Source of the DNA: the human T2T-CHM13v2.0 reference genome, Homo sapiens
Assembly (NCBI RefSeq): GCF_009914755.1
Contig: NC_060933.1
DNA: 64,000 bases
Direction: 5' to 3' (one strand)
In this document: positions 39,201-51,810 of the stretch, in pieces
Layout of the letters: each line of letters opens with the position of its first letter
How positions within the stretch are numbered: position 1 is the stretch's first letter
Notes under the pieces: model-generated
What the model saw: the letters and a program-made list of their open reading frames with translations, nothing else
The model's database searches: none
What the model was told of the DNA's origin: nothing
Translations under genes and position numbers: made by a program

Positions 39201-40020
39201 TTCCATTGCAATCCATTCCATTACATTCCATTCTATTCGGGTTAATTCCATTCCATTCCATTCCCTTCCATTCCATTCCATTGCATTCCATTCCATTCTA
39301 TTCGGGTTAATTCCATTCCATTCCATTCCCTTCCATTCCATTCCATTGCATTCCATTCCATTCTATTCGGGTTAATTCCATTCCATTCCATTCCATTGCA
39401 TTCCATTCCATTCCATTCCGTATGATTACATTCCATTGCATTCCATTACATTCCATTCCCCTGCACTCGTGTGGATTCCATTCTATTCCATTCCATTCCA
39501 TTCCCTTACATTCCATTCCATTCCATTCCATTCCATTCCATTCCATTCCATTCCATTCCATTCCATTCTATTCGGGTTAATTTGATTCCATTCCATTCCA
39601 TTCCATTCCGTTCCATTCCATTCCTTTCCATTCGGATTGATTCTATTCAATTCCCTTACACTCAATTACATTCCATTCCATTCGTGTTGTTTCCATTCCA
39701 TTCCATTCCATTCCATTACATTACATTACATTCTATTCGGGTTAATTCCATTCAATTCCATTCCCTTCCATTCCATTCCATTGCATTCCATTCCATTCCA
39801 TTCCATTCCATTATATTCGGGTTAATTCCATTCCATTCCATTCCATTCCATTCCATTCCATTCCATTCCATTCCATTTCAATCGTGTTGATTCGATTGCA
39901 TTCCATTCCATTCCATTCCATTCCATTCCATTCCATTCCATTCCATTCCAGATGATTCCATTCCATTACCTTCCATTCCATTCCATTCCCCTGCACTCGG
40001 GTGAATTCCATTCTATTCCA
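36241..40020 (+). repeat. Near-identical ~1.97 kb tandem duplication (2 copies)
   Basis: Identical or near-identical ORFs at 36261/38226, 36452/38417 and 37206/39171 (1965 bp), 36766/38736 (1970) and 37662/39637 (1975). Shared rare words include TTTGGGGTGAA and CCAGTCCGTTCC. Confidence 0.92.
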
Positions 40021-43000
40021 TTCCTTTCCATTCCATTCCATTCCTTTCCATTGAAATCGAGTTGATTCCATTCCATTTCATTCCATTCCATACCATTCCA
40101 TTCCATTCCGTTCCATTCCGGATGATTCCATTCCAGTGCATACCATTCCATTAAATTCCCCTGCACTCGGCTTTATTCCATTCCATTCCATTCCATTCTA
40201 TTCCGTACCATTCCATTCCATTCCATTCCATTCCATTCCATGGCATTCCACTCGGGATGATTCCATTCCCTTCCATTCCATTCGAGTTGAATCCATTCCA
40301 TTCCATTCCATTCCATTCCATTCCATTCCATTCCATTGCACAAGGGTTCATTCCATTCCATTCTATTCCATTCCATTCCATTCCATTCCATTCCATTCCG
40401 TTCCATTCCATTTCGTTCCCTTCCATTCTATTCCATACCATTCCATTCCATTCCATTCCATTCCATTCCGTTCCATTCCATTTCGTTCCCTTCCATTCTA
40501 TTCCATACCATTCCATTCCATTCCATTCCACTCCATTCCATGCCAATCCACTCGGGTTTATTCCATTCTATTCCATTCCATTCGGGTTGAATCCATTCCA
40601 TTCCATTCCATTCCATTCAATTCCATTACATTGCCCTCGGGTTGATTCCATTCCATTCCATTCCATTCCATTTCATTCCATTCCATTCCATTCCATTCCA
40701 TTCCTTTCCATTCCATTCCATTCCATGCCATTCCACTCGGGTTGATTCCATTCCTTTGCATTCCATTCGACTTGAACCCATTCCATTCCATTCCATTCCA
40801 TTCCAATCCATTGCACACGGGTCCATTCCATTCCATTCCATTCCATTCCATTGCATTCCATTCCATTTCTTTCCATTCCATTCTATTCCGTACCATTCCA
40901 TACCATTCCATTCCATTCCATTCCATGCCATTCCACTCGGGTTTATTCAATTCCTTTCCATTCTATTTGGGTCGAATCCATTCCTTTCCATTCCATTCCA
41001 TTCAATTCCATTCCATTGCCCTCGGGTTGATTCCATTCCATTCCATGGCATTCCATTTCATTCCATTCCATTCCATTCCATTCCATTCCATTCCATTCCA
41101 TTCCTTTCCATTCCTTTCCATTCCATTGCAATAGAGTTGATTCCATTACATTCCATTCCATTCCATTCCAGTCCTTTCCATTCCATTCCACTCGGGTTGA
41201 TTCCATTCTATTCCTTTCCATTCCATTCGATTCCATTCCATTCCACTCTGGTTGATTCCATTCCTTTTCATTGCACTCGAATACATTCCCTTCTATTCCA
41301 CTCGGAATGATTCCATTCCATTCCATTCCATTCCATTCCATTCCGTTTTGTTCCATTACATTCTATTCTGTACCATTCCACTCCATTCCATTCCATTCCA
41401 TTCCATGCCATTCCTCTCGCGTTGATTGCATTCCATTCCATTGCACACGGGTTGATTCCATTCCATTCCATTCCGTTCCATTCCGGATGACTCCATTCCA
41501 TTGCATTCCATTCCATTCCATTCCTCTGCACTGGGTTTCATTACATTCCATTCCATTCACTTCCATTCCATTCCATTCCATTTCAATCGAGTTGATTGCA
41601 TTCAATTCCATTCCAGTCCATTCCATTCCGGATGATTCCATTCCATTGCCTTCCATTCCATTCCATTCCCCTGCACTCGGGTTGATTCCATTCCATTCCA
41701 TTCCATTCCATTCCATTCCATTCCATTGCATTCCATTCCATTCCGTTCCATTCCATTCTATTCCGTACCATTCCATTCCATTCCATTCCACTCCATTCCA
41801 TGCCATTCCACTCGGGTTGATTCCATTCCTTTCCATTCCATTCGAGTTGAATCCATTCCATTCCATTCCATTCCATTCCATTCCATTCCATTACATTACA
41901 TTCCATTCCATTCCATTGCACACGGGTTCATTCCATTCCATTCCATTCCATTCCATTCCATTTCGTTCCATTCCATTCTATTCTATACCATTCCATTCCA
42001 TTCCATTCCATTCCATTGCATTCCATTCCATTTCGTTCCATTCCATTCTATTCCGTACCATTCCATTCCATTCCATTCCACTCAATTCCATGCCATTCCA
42101 CTCTGGTTGATTCCATTCCTTTCGATTCCATTCGAGTTGAACCCATTCCATTCCATTCCATTCCATTCCATTCCATTCCAATTCATTGCACACGGGTTCA
42201 TTCCATTCCATTCCATTCCATTCAATTCCATTTCGTTCTATTCCATTCTATCCCGTACCATTACATTCCATTCCATTGCATTCCATTCCATTCCATTCCA
42301 CTGCACTCGGGTGGATTCCATTCTATTCCATTCCATTCAATTCCATTCCATTCAATTCCATTCCATTCCATTCCATTCCATTCCATTCCATTCCATTCCA
42401 TTCCATTCCATTCTATTCGGGTTAATTTCATTCCATTCCATTTTGTTCCATTCCATTCTATTACTTACCATTCCATTCCATTCCATTCCATTCCATTCCA
42501 TTCCATTCCATGCCATTCCACTCGGGTTAATTCCATTCCTTTCCATTAAATTCGTGTTGAATCCATTCCATTCGATTCCACTTCATTCGATTCCATTCCA
42601 TTGCACTCGGGTCCATTCCATTCCATTCCATTCCATTCCATTCCATTCCATTCCATTCCATTGTACTAGGTTTGATTCCATTCCACTGCATTCCATTCCA
42701 TTCCATTCCATTCCATTCCGTTCCATTCCATTCCATTACATTCGGATTGGTTGTATTCAATTCCCTTACACTCCATTACATTCCATTCCATTCGGGTTGT
42801 TTCCATTCCATTCCATTCCATTCCACTCCATTCCATTGCACTCGGGTTCATTCCATTCCATTCCATTCCATTGCATTCCATTCCGTTCCATTCCATTCTA
42901 TTCCGTACCATTCCATTCCATTCCATTCCATGCCATTCCACTCGGGTTGATTCCATTCCTTTCCATTCCATTCGAGTTGAATCCAATCCATTCCATTCCA

Positions 43001-43329
43001 TTCCATTCCGTTCCATTGGAATCGGGTTGATTCCATTCCATACCATTCCATTCGGGTGGAATCCATTCCATTCCATTCCATTCCATTCCATTCCATTCCA
43101 TTCCATTCCATTCTATTCCATTGCACACGGGTTGATTCCATTCCATTCCATTCCGTTCCATTCCGGATGACTCCATTCCATTGCCTTCCATTCCATTCCA
43201 TTCCCCTGCAGTCGGGTTGATTCCATTCCATTCCATGTCATTCCATTCCATTCCATTCCATTCCATTCCATTCCATTCCATTCCATTCCATTGAAGTCCT
43301 TTCCATTCCATTCCATTCCATTCCATTCC

Positions 43330-46300
43330 ATGCCATTCCACTCGGGTTTATTGAATTCCTTTCCATTCCATTCGGGTTGAATCCATTCCTTTCCATTCCA
43401 TTCCGTTCAATTCCATTCCATTGCACTCGTGTTGACTCCATTCCATTCCATGCCATTCCATTTCATTGCGTTCCATTCCATTGCATTACATTCGGATTGA
43501 TTCTTTTCAATTCCCTTACACTCCATTACATTCCATTCCATTTGGGTAGTTTCCATTCCATTCCATTCCATTACACTCCATTGCATTGCACTCGGGATGA
43601 TTGAATCCATTCCATTGCATTCCATTCCATTCCATTCCATTCCATTCCGGATGATTCCATTCCATTGCATTCGATTCCATTCCATTCCCCTGCACTCGGG
43701 TTGATTCCATTCCATTCCATTCCTTTCCATTCCGTTCCATTCCATTCCATTCCATTCCATTCCATGCTGTTCAGGTTAATTGCATTCCATTCCATTCCCT
43801 TCCATTCCATTCCATTCCATTCCATTCCATTCCATTGCAATCGAGTTGATTCCATTGCATTCCATTCCATTCCTTTCCATTGCATTCCATTGCATTCCAT
43901 TCCCCTGCACTCAGGTTGATTCCATTCCATTCCATTCCATTCCATTCCATTCCCGTTAATTCCATTCCATTCCATTCCATTACATTCCATTGCAATCGAG
44001 TTGATTCCATTCCATTCCATTCCATTCCATTCCATTCCATTCAAGTCCTTTCCATTCCATTCCACTCGTGTTGATTCCATTTTATTAGTTTCCATTCCAT
44101 TCCATTCCCTTCCATTCCACTCTGGTTGATTCCTTTCCTTTCCATTCCACTCGAATTCATTCCCTTCTATTCCACTCGGAATGAATCCGTTCCATTCCGT
44201 TCCATTTCATTCCATTCCATTCCATTTCGTTTCTTTGCATTCTATTCCGTACCATTCCATTCCATTCCATTCCATGCCATTCCACTCGGGTTGATTCCAT
44301 TGCTTTCCATTCCATTTGGGTTGAATCCATTCCATTCCATTCCATTCCATTCCATTCCATTCCGGATGATTCCATTCCATTGCATTCCATTCCATTCCAT
44401 TCCATTCCCCTGCACCCGGGTTGATTCCATTCCATTCCGTTCCATTCCATTCCATTTCGTTCCATTCCATTCTATTCCATACCATTCCATTCCATTCCAT
44501 TCCATTCCACTCCATTCCATGCCATTCCACTCGGGTTTATTCCATTCCTTTCCATTCCATTCGGGTTGAATCCATTCCATTCCATTCCATTCCATTCCAT
44601 TCCATTCTATTCCATGCCATTCCACTCCGGTTGATTCCATTCCTTTCCATTCCATTCGAGTTGAACCCATTCCATTCCATTCCATTCCATTCCATTCCAT
44701 TCCATTCCATTCCAATCCATTGCACACGGGTTCATTCCATTCCATTCCATTCCATTCCATTCCATTTCGTTCCATTCCATTCTATTCCGTACCATTCCAT
44801 TCCATTCCATTCCATTCCATTCCATTCCATTCCATGCCATTCCACTCGGGTTTATTCTATTCCTTTCCATTCCATTCGGGTTGAATCCATTCCTTTCCAT
44901 TCCATTCCGTTCAATTCCATTCCATTGCACTCGTGATGACTCCATTCCATTCCATGCCATTCCATTTCATTCCGTTCCATTCCATTCCATAACATTCGGA
45001 TTGATTCTTTTCAATTCCCTTACAATCCATTACATTCCATTCCATTCGGGTTGTTTCCATTCCATTCCATTACATTACACTCCATTGCATTGCACTCGGG
45101 ATGATTGAATCCATTCCATTGCATTCCATTCCATTCCCTTCCATTCCGGATGGTTCCATTCCATTGCATTCCATTCCATTCCATTCCCCTGCACTCGGGT
45201 TGATTACATTCCATTCCATTCCATTCCGTTCCATTCCATTCCATTCCATTCCATTCCATGCTGTTCAGGTTAATTGCATTCCATTCCATTCCCTTCCATT
45301 CCATTCCATTCCATTCCATTCCATTCCATTGCAATCGAGTTGATTCCATTGCATTCCATTCCATTCCATTCCATTGCATTCCATTGCATTCCATTCCCCT
45401 GCACTCAGGTTGATTCCATTCCATTCCATTCCATTCCATTCCATTCCATTCCATTCCATTCTATTCGCGTTAATTCCATTCCATTCCATTCCATTACATT
45501 CCATTGCAATCGAGTTGATTCCATTCCATTCCATTCCATTCCATTCCATTCCATTCCATTCAAGTCGTTTCCATTCCATTCCACTCGTGTTGATTCCATT
45601 TTATTAGTTTCCATTCCATTCCATTCCCTTCCATTCCACTCTGGTTGATTGCATTCCTTTCCATTCCACTCGAATTCATTCCCTTCTATTCCACTCGGAA
45701 TGATTCCTTTCCATTCCGTTCCATTTCATTCCATTCCATTCCATTTCGTTCCATTGCATTCTATTCCGTACCATTCCATTCCATTCCATTCCATGCCATT
45801 CCACTCGGGTTGATTCCATTGCTTTCCATTCCATTTGGGTTGAATCCATTCCATTCCATTCCATTCCATTCCATTCCATTCCATTCCATTGCACTAGGTT
45901 TGATTCCATTCCACTGCATTCCATTCCATTCCATTCCATTCCATTCCGTTCCATTCCATTCCATTATATTCGGATTGATTCTTTTTAATTCTCTTAGACT
46001 CCGTTTCATTCCATTCCATTCGGGTACTTTCCATTCCATTCCATTCCATTCCACTGCATTCTATTGCACTCGGGTTGATTGATTCCATTCCATTGCATTC
46101 CATTCCATTCCATTCCATTCCATTCCGGATGATTCCATTCCATTGCATTCCATTCCATTCCATTCCATTCCCCTGCACTAGGGTTGATTCCATTCCATTC
46201 CGTTCCTTTCCATTCCATTCCATTCCATTCCAATCCGTTCTGTTCAGGTTAATTCCATTCCATTCCTTTCCCTTCCATTCCATTGCATTCCATTCCATTG

Positions 46301-47040
46301 CAATCGAGTTGATTCCATTGCATTCCATTCCATTCCATTCCATTGCATTCCATTCCATTCCAATCCCCAGCACTCAGGTTGATTCCATTCCATTCCGATC
46401 CATTCCATTCCATTCTATTCGTGTTAATTCCATTCCATTCCATTCCATTACCTTCTATTGCAATCGAGTTGATTGCATTCCATTCCGTTCCATTCCATTC
46501 CATTCCATTCAAGTCCTTTCCATTCCATTCCACTCGTGTTGATTCCATTTTATTAGTTTCCATTCCATTCCATTCCCTTCCATTCCACTCTGGTTGATTC
46601 CCTTCCTTTCCATTCCACTCGAATTCATTCCCTTCTATTCCACTCGGAATGAATCCGTTCCATTCCGTTCCATTTAATTCCATTCCATTCCATTTCGTTT
46701 CTTTGCATTCTATTCCGTACCATTCCATTCCATGCCATTCCACTCGGGTTCATTCCATTGCTTTCCATTCCATGTGGGTTGAATCCATTCCATTCCATTC
46801 CATTCCATTCCATTCCATTCCATTCCGGATGATTCCATTCCATTGCATTCCATTCCATTCCATTCCATTCCCCTGCACCCGGGTTGATTCCATTCCATTC
46901 CGTTCCATTCCATTCCATTCCATTCCATTTCGTTCCATTCCATTCTATTCCATAACATTCCATTCCATTCCATTCCATTCCACTCCATTCCATGCCATTC
47001 CACTCGGGTTTATTCCATTCCTTTCCATTCCATTCGGTTT
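43330..47040 (+). repeat. Older ~1.5 kb tandem duplication with a third partial copy
   Basis: ORF pairs 43377/44881 (1504 bp), 43880/45374 (1494) and 44126/45645 (1519). CGGGATGATTGAATCC occurs at about 43593 and 45097; CGGAATGAATCCG at about 44167 and 46645. Confidence 0.8.
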
Positions 47041-47344
47041 GAATCCATTCCATTCCATTCCATTCCATTCCATTCCATTGCATTCCATTCCATTCCATTC
47101 CCCTGCACTCGGGTTGATTCCATTCCATTCCACTCCATTCCGTTCCATTCCATTCCATTCCATTCCAGTCCTTTCCATTCCATTCCACTCGGGTTGATTC
47201 CATTCTATTAGTTTCCGTTCCATTCCATTCCCTTCCATTCCACTCTGGTTGATTGCATTCCTTTCCACTCCACTCGAATACATTCCCTCCTATTCCACTC
47301 GGAACTATTCCATTCCATTCCATTACATTACATTCCATTCCATT

Positions 47345-50300
47345 CCGTTTCGTTCCATTCCATTCTATTCCATACCATTCCATTCCATTCCATTCCATTC
47401 CATTGCATTCCACTCGTGTTGATTCCATTCCTTTCCATTCCATTCGGTTTGAAGGCATTCCATTCCATTCCATTCCATTCCATTCCATTCCATTCCATTC
47501 CATTCCATTGTACTCGGGTTGATTCCATTCCATTGCATTCCACTCCATTCCATTCCATTCCATTCCGTTGCATTCCATTCCATTACATTCGGATTGATTA
47601 TATTCAACTCCCTTACTCTCCATTACATTCAATTCCATTCGGGTTGTTCCATTCCATTCCTTTCCATTCCATTCCACTCCATTCCATTGCACTCGGGTTG
47701 ATTCCATTCCATTCCATTCCATTCCATTCCATTCCATTCCATTCCATTCCGGATGATTCCATTCCATTGCATTCCGTTCCATTACATTCCCCTGCACTCG
47801 CGTTGATTCCATTCCATTCCATTCCCTTCAATTCAATTCCATTCCATTACAATTCCTTCCATTCCATTCTATTCCGTACCATTCCATTCCATTCCATACC
47901 ATTCCATTCCATTCCATTCCATTCCATTCCATTCTGTTCCATTCCGTTCCATTCCATTCCATTCCATTCTATTCGGGTTTAATCCATTCCATTCCATTCC
48001 ATTCCATTCCATTCTATTCCTTTCCATTGCAATCGAGTTGAATCCATTGCATTTCATTCCATTCCATTCCATTCAATTCCATTCCGGAAGATTCCATTCC
48101 ATTGCATTCCATTCCATTCCATTCCCCTGCACTCGCGTTGATTCCATTCCATTCCATTCCATTCCATTCCATTCCATTCCGTTCCGTTCCGTTCCATTCC
48201 ATTCCATTCCATTCTATTCGGGTTAATTCCATTCCATTCCATTCGATTGCAATCGAGTTGATTACATTCCATTCCATTGCATTCCATTCCATTCCATTCC
48301 ATTCCTTTCCATTCCATTACGGATGATTCCATTCCATTGCATTCCATTCCATTCCATTCCCCTGTACTCGGGTTGATTCCATTCCATTCCATTCCAATCC
48401 ATGCCATTCCACTCGTGTTGATTCCATTCTTTCCATTCCATTCAAGTTGAATCCATTCCATTGCATTCCATTCCATTCGATTCCATTCGATTGCACTCGG
48501 GTTGATTCCATTCCGTTGCATTCCATTCCATTCCATTCCATTCCATTCCATTCCGTTCCATTCCATTCCATTACATTCGGATTGATTCTATTCAATTCCC
48601 TTACACTCCATTACATTCCATTCCATTCGGGTAGTTTCCATTCCATTCCATTCCATTCCTCTCCATTCCATTGCATTCGGGTTGATTCCATTCCATTGCA
48701 TTCCATTCCATTCCATTCAATTCCATTCCTTTCCATTCCATTCCATTACATTCGGATTGATTCTATTCAACTCCCTTACTCTCCATTACATTCCATTCCA
48801 TTCGGGTTGTTCCATTCCATTCCATTCCATTCCACCCCATTCCATTGCACTCGGGTTGATTCCATTCCTTTCCATTCCACTCGAATACATTCCCTCATAT
48901 TCCACTCGGAACGATTCCATTCCATTCCATTCCATTCCATTCCATTCCATTCCATTTCGTTCCATTCCATTCTATTCCGTACCATTCCATTCCATTCCAT
49001 TTCTGTCCATTCCATTCCATTCCACTCGTGTTGATTCCATTCCTTTCCATTCCATTCGGTTTGAAGGCATTCCATTCCATTCCATTCCATTCCATTCCAT
49101 TCCATTCCATTCCATTCCATTCCGTTGTACTCGGGTTGATTCCATTCCATTTCATTCCATTCCATTCCATTCCATTCCATTCCATTCCATTCCATTCCAT
49201 TCCGTTGCATTCCATTCCATTACATTCGGATTGATTCTATTCAACACCCTTACTCTCCATTACATTCCATTCCATTCGGGTTGTTCCATTCCATTCCATT
49301 CCATTCCACTCCATTCCATTGCACTCGGGTTAATTCCATTCCATTCCATTCCATTCCATTCCATTCCATTCCGGATGTTTCCATTCCATTCCATTCCATT
49401 CCATTCCATTCCGTTCCGTTCCGTTCCGTTCCATACCATTGCATTCCATTCAATTCGGGTTAATTCCATTCCATTCCATTCCATTCCATTCTATTCCATT
49501 CCATTGCAATCGAGTTGAATCCATTGCATTCCATTCCATTCCATTCCATTCCATTCCATTCCATTCCAGAAGATTCCATTCCATTGCATTCCATTCCATT
49601 CCATTCCCCTGCACTCGCGTTGATTCCATTCCATTCCATTCCATTCCATTCCGTTCCGTTCCGTTCCGTTCCATTCCATTCCATTCAATTCGGGTTAATT
49701 CCATTCCATTCCTTTCGATTGCAATCGAGTTGATTCCATTCCATTCCATTCCATTCCATTCCATTCCATTCCTTTCCATTCCATTACGGATGATTCCATT
49801 CCATTGCATTACATTGCATTCCATTCCCCTGTACTCGGGTTGATTCCATTCCATACCATTCCATTCCATTCTATTCCATTCCATTCCATTCCATACCGGA
49901 AGATTCCATTCCATTGCATTCCATTCCATTCCATTCCCCTGCCCTCGGGTTGATTCCATTCCATTCCATTCCATTCCATTCCATTCCATTCCATTCTGTT
50001 GCGTTCCATTCCGTTCCATTCCATTCCATTCCATTCCATTCCGTTCCGTTCCGTTCCATTCCATTCCATTCCATTCCATTACAATCGAGTTGATTCCATT
50101 CCATTCCATTCCATTCCATTCCATTCCAGTCCTTTCCATTCCACTCGGGTTGATTCCATTCTATTAGTTTCCGTTCCATTCCATTCCCTTCCATTCCACT
50201 CTGGTTGATTCCTTTCCTTTCCATTCCACTCGAATACATTCCCTCCTATTCCACTCGGAACGATTCCATTCCATTCCATTCCATTTCATTCCATTCCATT

Positions 50301-51810
50301 CCATTCCATTACAATGGAGTTGATTCCATTCCATTCCATTCCATTCCATTCCATTCCATTCCATTCCTTTCCATTCCATTCCACTCGGGTTGATTCCATT
50401 CTATTAGTTTCCGTTCCATTCCATTCCCTTCCATTCCACTCGGGTTGATTCCATTCTATTAGTTTCCGTTCCATTCCATTCCCTTCCATTCCACTCTGGT
50501 TGATTCCTTTCCTTTCCATTCCACTCGAATACATTCCCTCCTATTCCACTCGGAACGATTCCATTCCATTCCATTCCATTCCATTCCATTCCACTCCATT
50601 CCATTCCATTCCATTTCGTTCCATTCCATTCTATTCCGTACCATTCCATTCCATTCCATTCCATTCCATTCCATTCCATTCCACTCCATTCCATTCCATT
50701 CCATTCCATTCCATTCCATTCCATTCCGTTCCATTCCATTTCATTACATTCAGATTGATTCTATTCAATTCCCTAACACTCCATTACATTCCATTACATT
50801 CGGGTTGTTTCCATTCCATTCCATTTCATTCCATTCCATTCCATTCCGGATGATTCCGTTCCATTGCATTCCATTCCATTCCATGCCCCTGCACTCGGGT
50901 GGATTCCATTCCATTCCATTCCATTCCATTCCATTCCATTCCATTCCATTCCATTCCGTTCCTTTCCATTCCATTCCATTCCATTCCATTCCGTTCCGTT
51001 CCATTCCATTCCATTCCATACTATTCGGGTTAATTCCATTCCATTCCATTCGATTGCAATCGAGTTGATTCCATTCCATTCCATTCCATTCGATTCCATT
51101 CCATTCCAATTCTTTCCATTCCATTCTATTCCGTACCATTCCATTCCATTCCATACAATTCCATTCCATTCCTTTCCATTCCATTCCATTCCGTTCCGTT
51201 CCGTTCCGTTCCGTTCCATTCCATTCCATTCCATTCTATTCCATTCCATTGCAATCGAGTTGAATCCATTGCATTCCATTCCATTCCATTCCATTCCATT
51301 CCATTCCATTCCATTCCATTCCGGAAGATTGCATTCCATTTCATTCCATTCCATTCCATTCCCCTGCACTCGCGTTTATTCCCTTCAATTCCATTCCATT
51401 CCATTCCATTCCTTTCCATTCCGTTCCGTTCCGTTCCATTCCATTCCATTCCATTCCATTCCGTTCCGTTCTGTTCCATTCCATTCCATTCCATTCTATT
51501 CGGGTTAACTCCATTCCATTCCATTCGATTGCAATCGATTTGATTCCATTCCATTCCATTCCATTCCATTCCATTCCATTCCATTCCGCATGATTCCATT
51601 CCATTGCATTCCATTCCATCCCGTTCCCCTGTACTCGGGTTGATTCCATTCCATTCCATTCCATTCCATGCCATTCCACTCGTGTTGATTCCATTCTTTC
51701 CATTCCATTCAAGTTGAATCCATTCCATTGCATTCCATTCCATTCGATTCCATTCGATTGCACTCGGGTTGATTCCATTCCATTGCATTGCATTCCATTC
51801 CATTCCATTC
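47345..51810 (+). repeat. Solitary ~4.47 kb homolog of most of the HOR unit (collinear with ~22423-26900)
   Basis: Same ordered rare words (TGAAGGC, CGGGTTTAATCC, CCACCCC, CCCTCATATT, TTTCTGTCC, CAACACCC, CCAGAAGA, ATACCGGAAG, triple CTATTAGTTTCCG, CCCTAACACT, CGCGTTTATTCCC, ATCCCGTTCCCC). The ORF 50404..50739 matches 25502..25837 at an offset of 24902 bp. Confidence 0.9.

Larger units (their letters stand above)
28791..47300 (+). repeat. Diverged satellite 3 domain (CpG-eroded, no long-range HOR)
   Basis: Lacks (CGTTC)n runs, GGAAGATTC words and the 14 bp palindrome. Has its own words: CCGTATGA, CTCGAATTCATTCCC, TTTTATTAG, CTAGGTTTGA, GTTCAGGTTAA and CGGGTTTATTCC. Boundaries are approximate. 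Confidence 0.8.
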
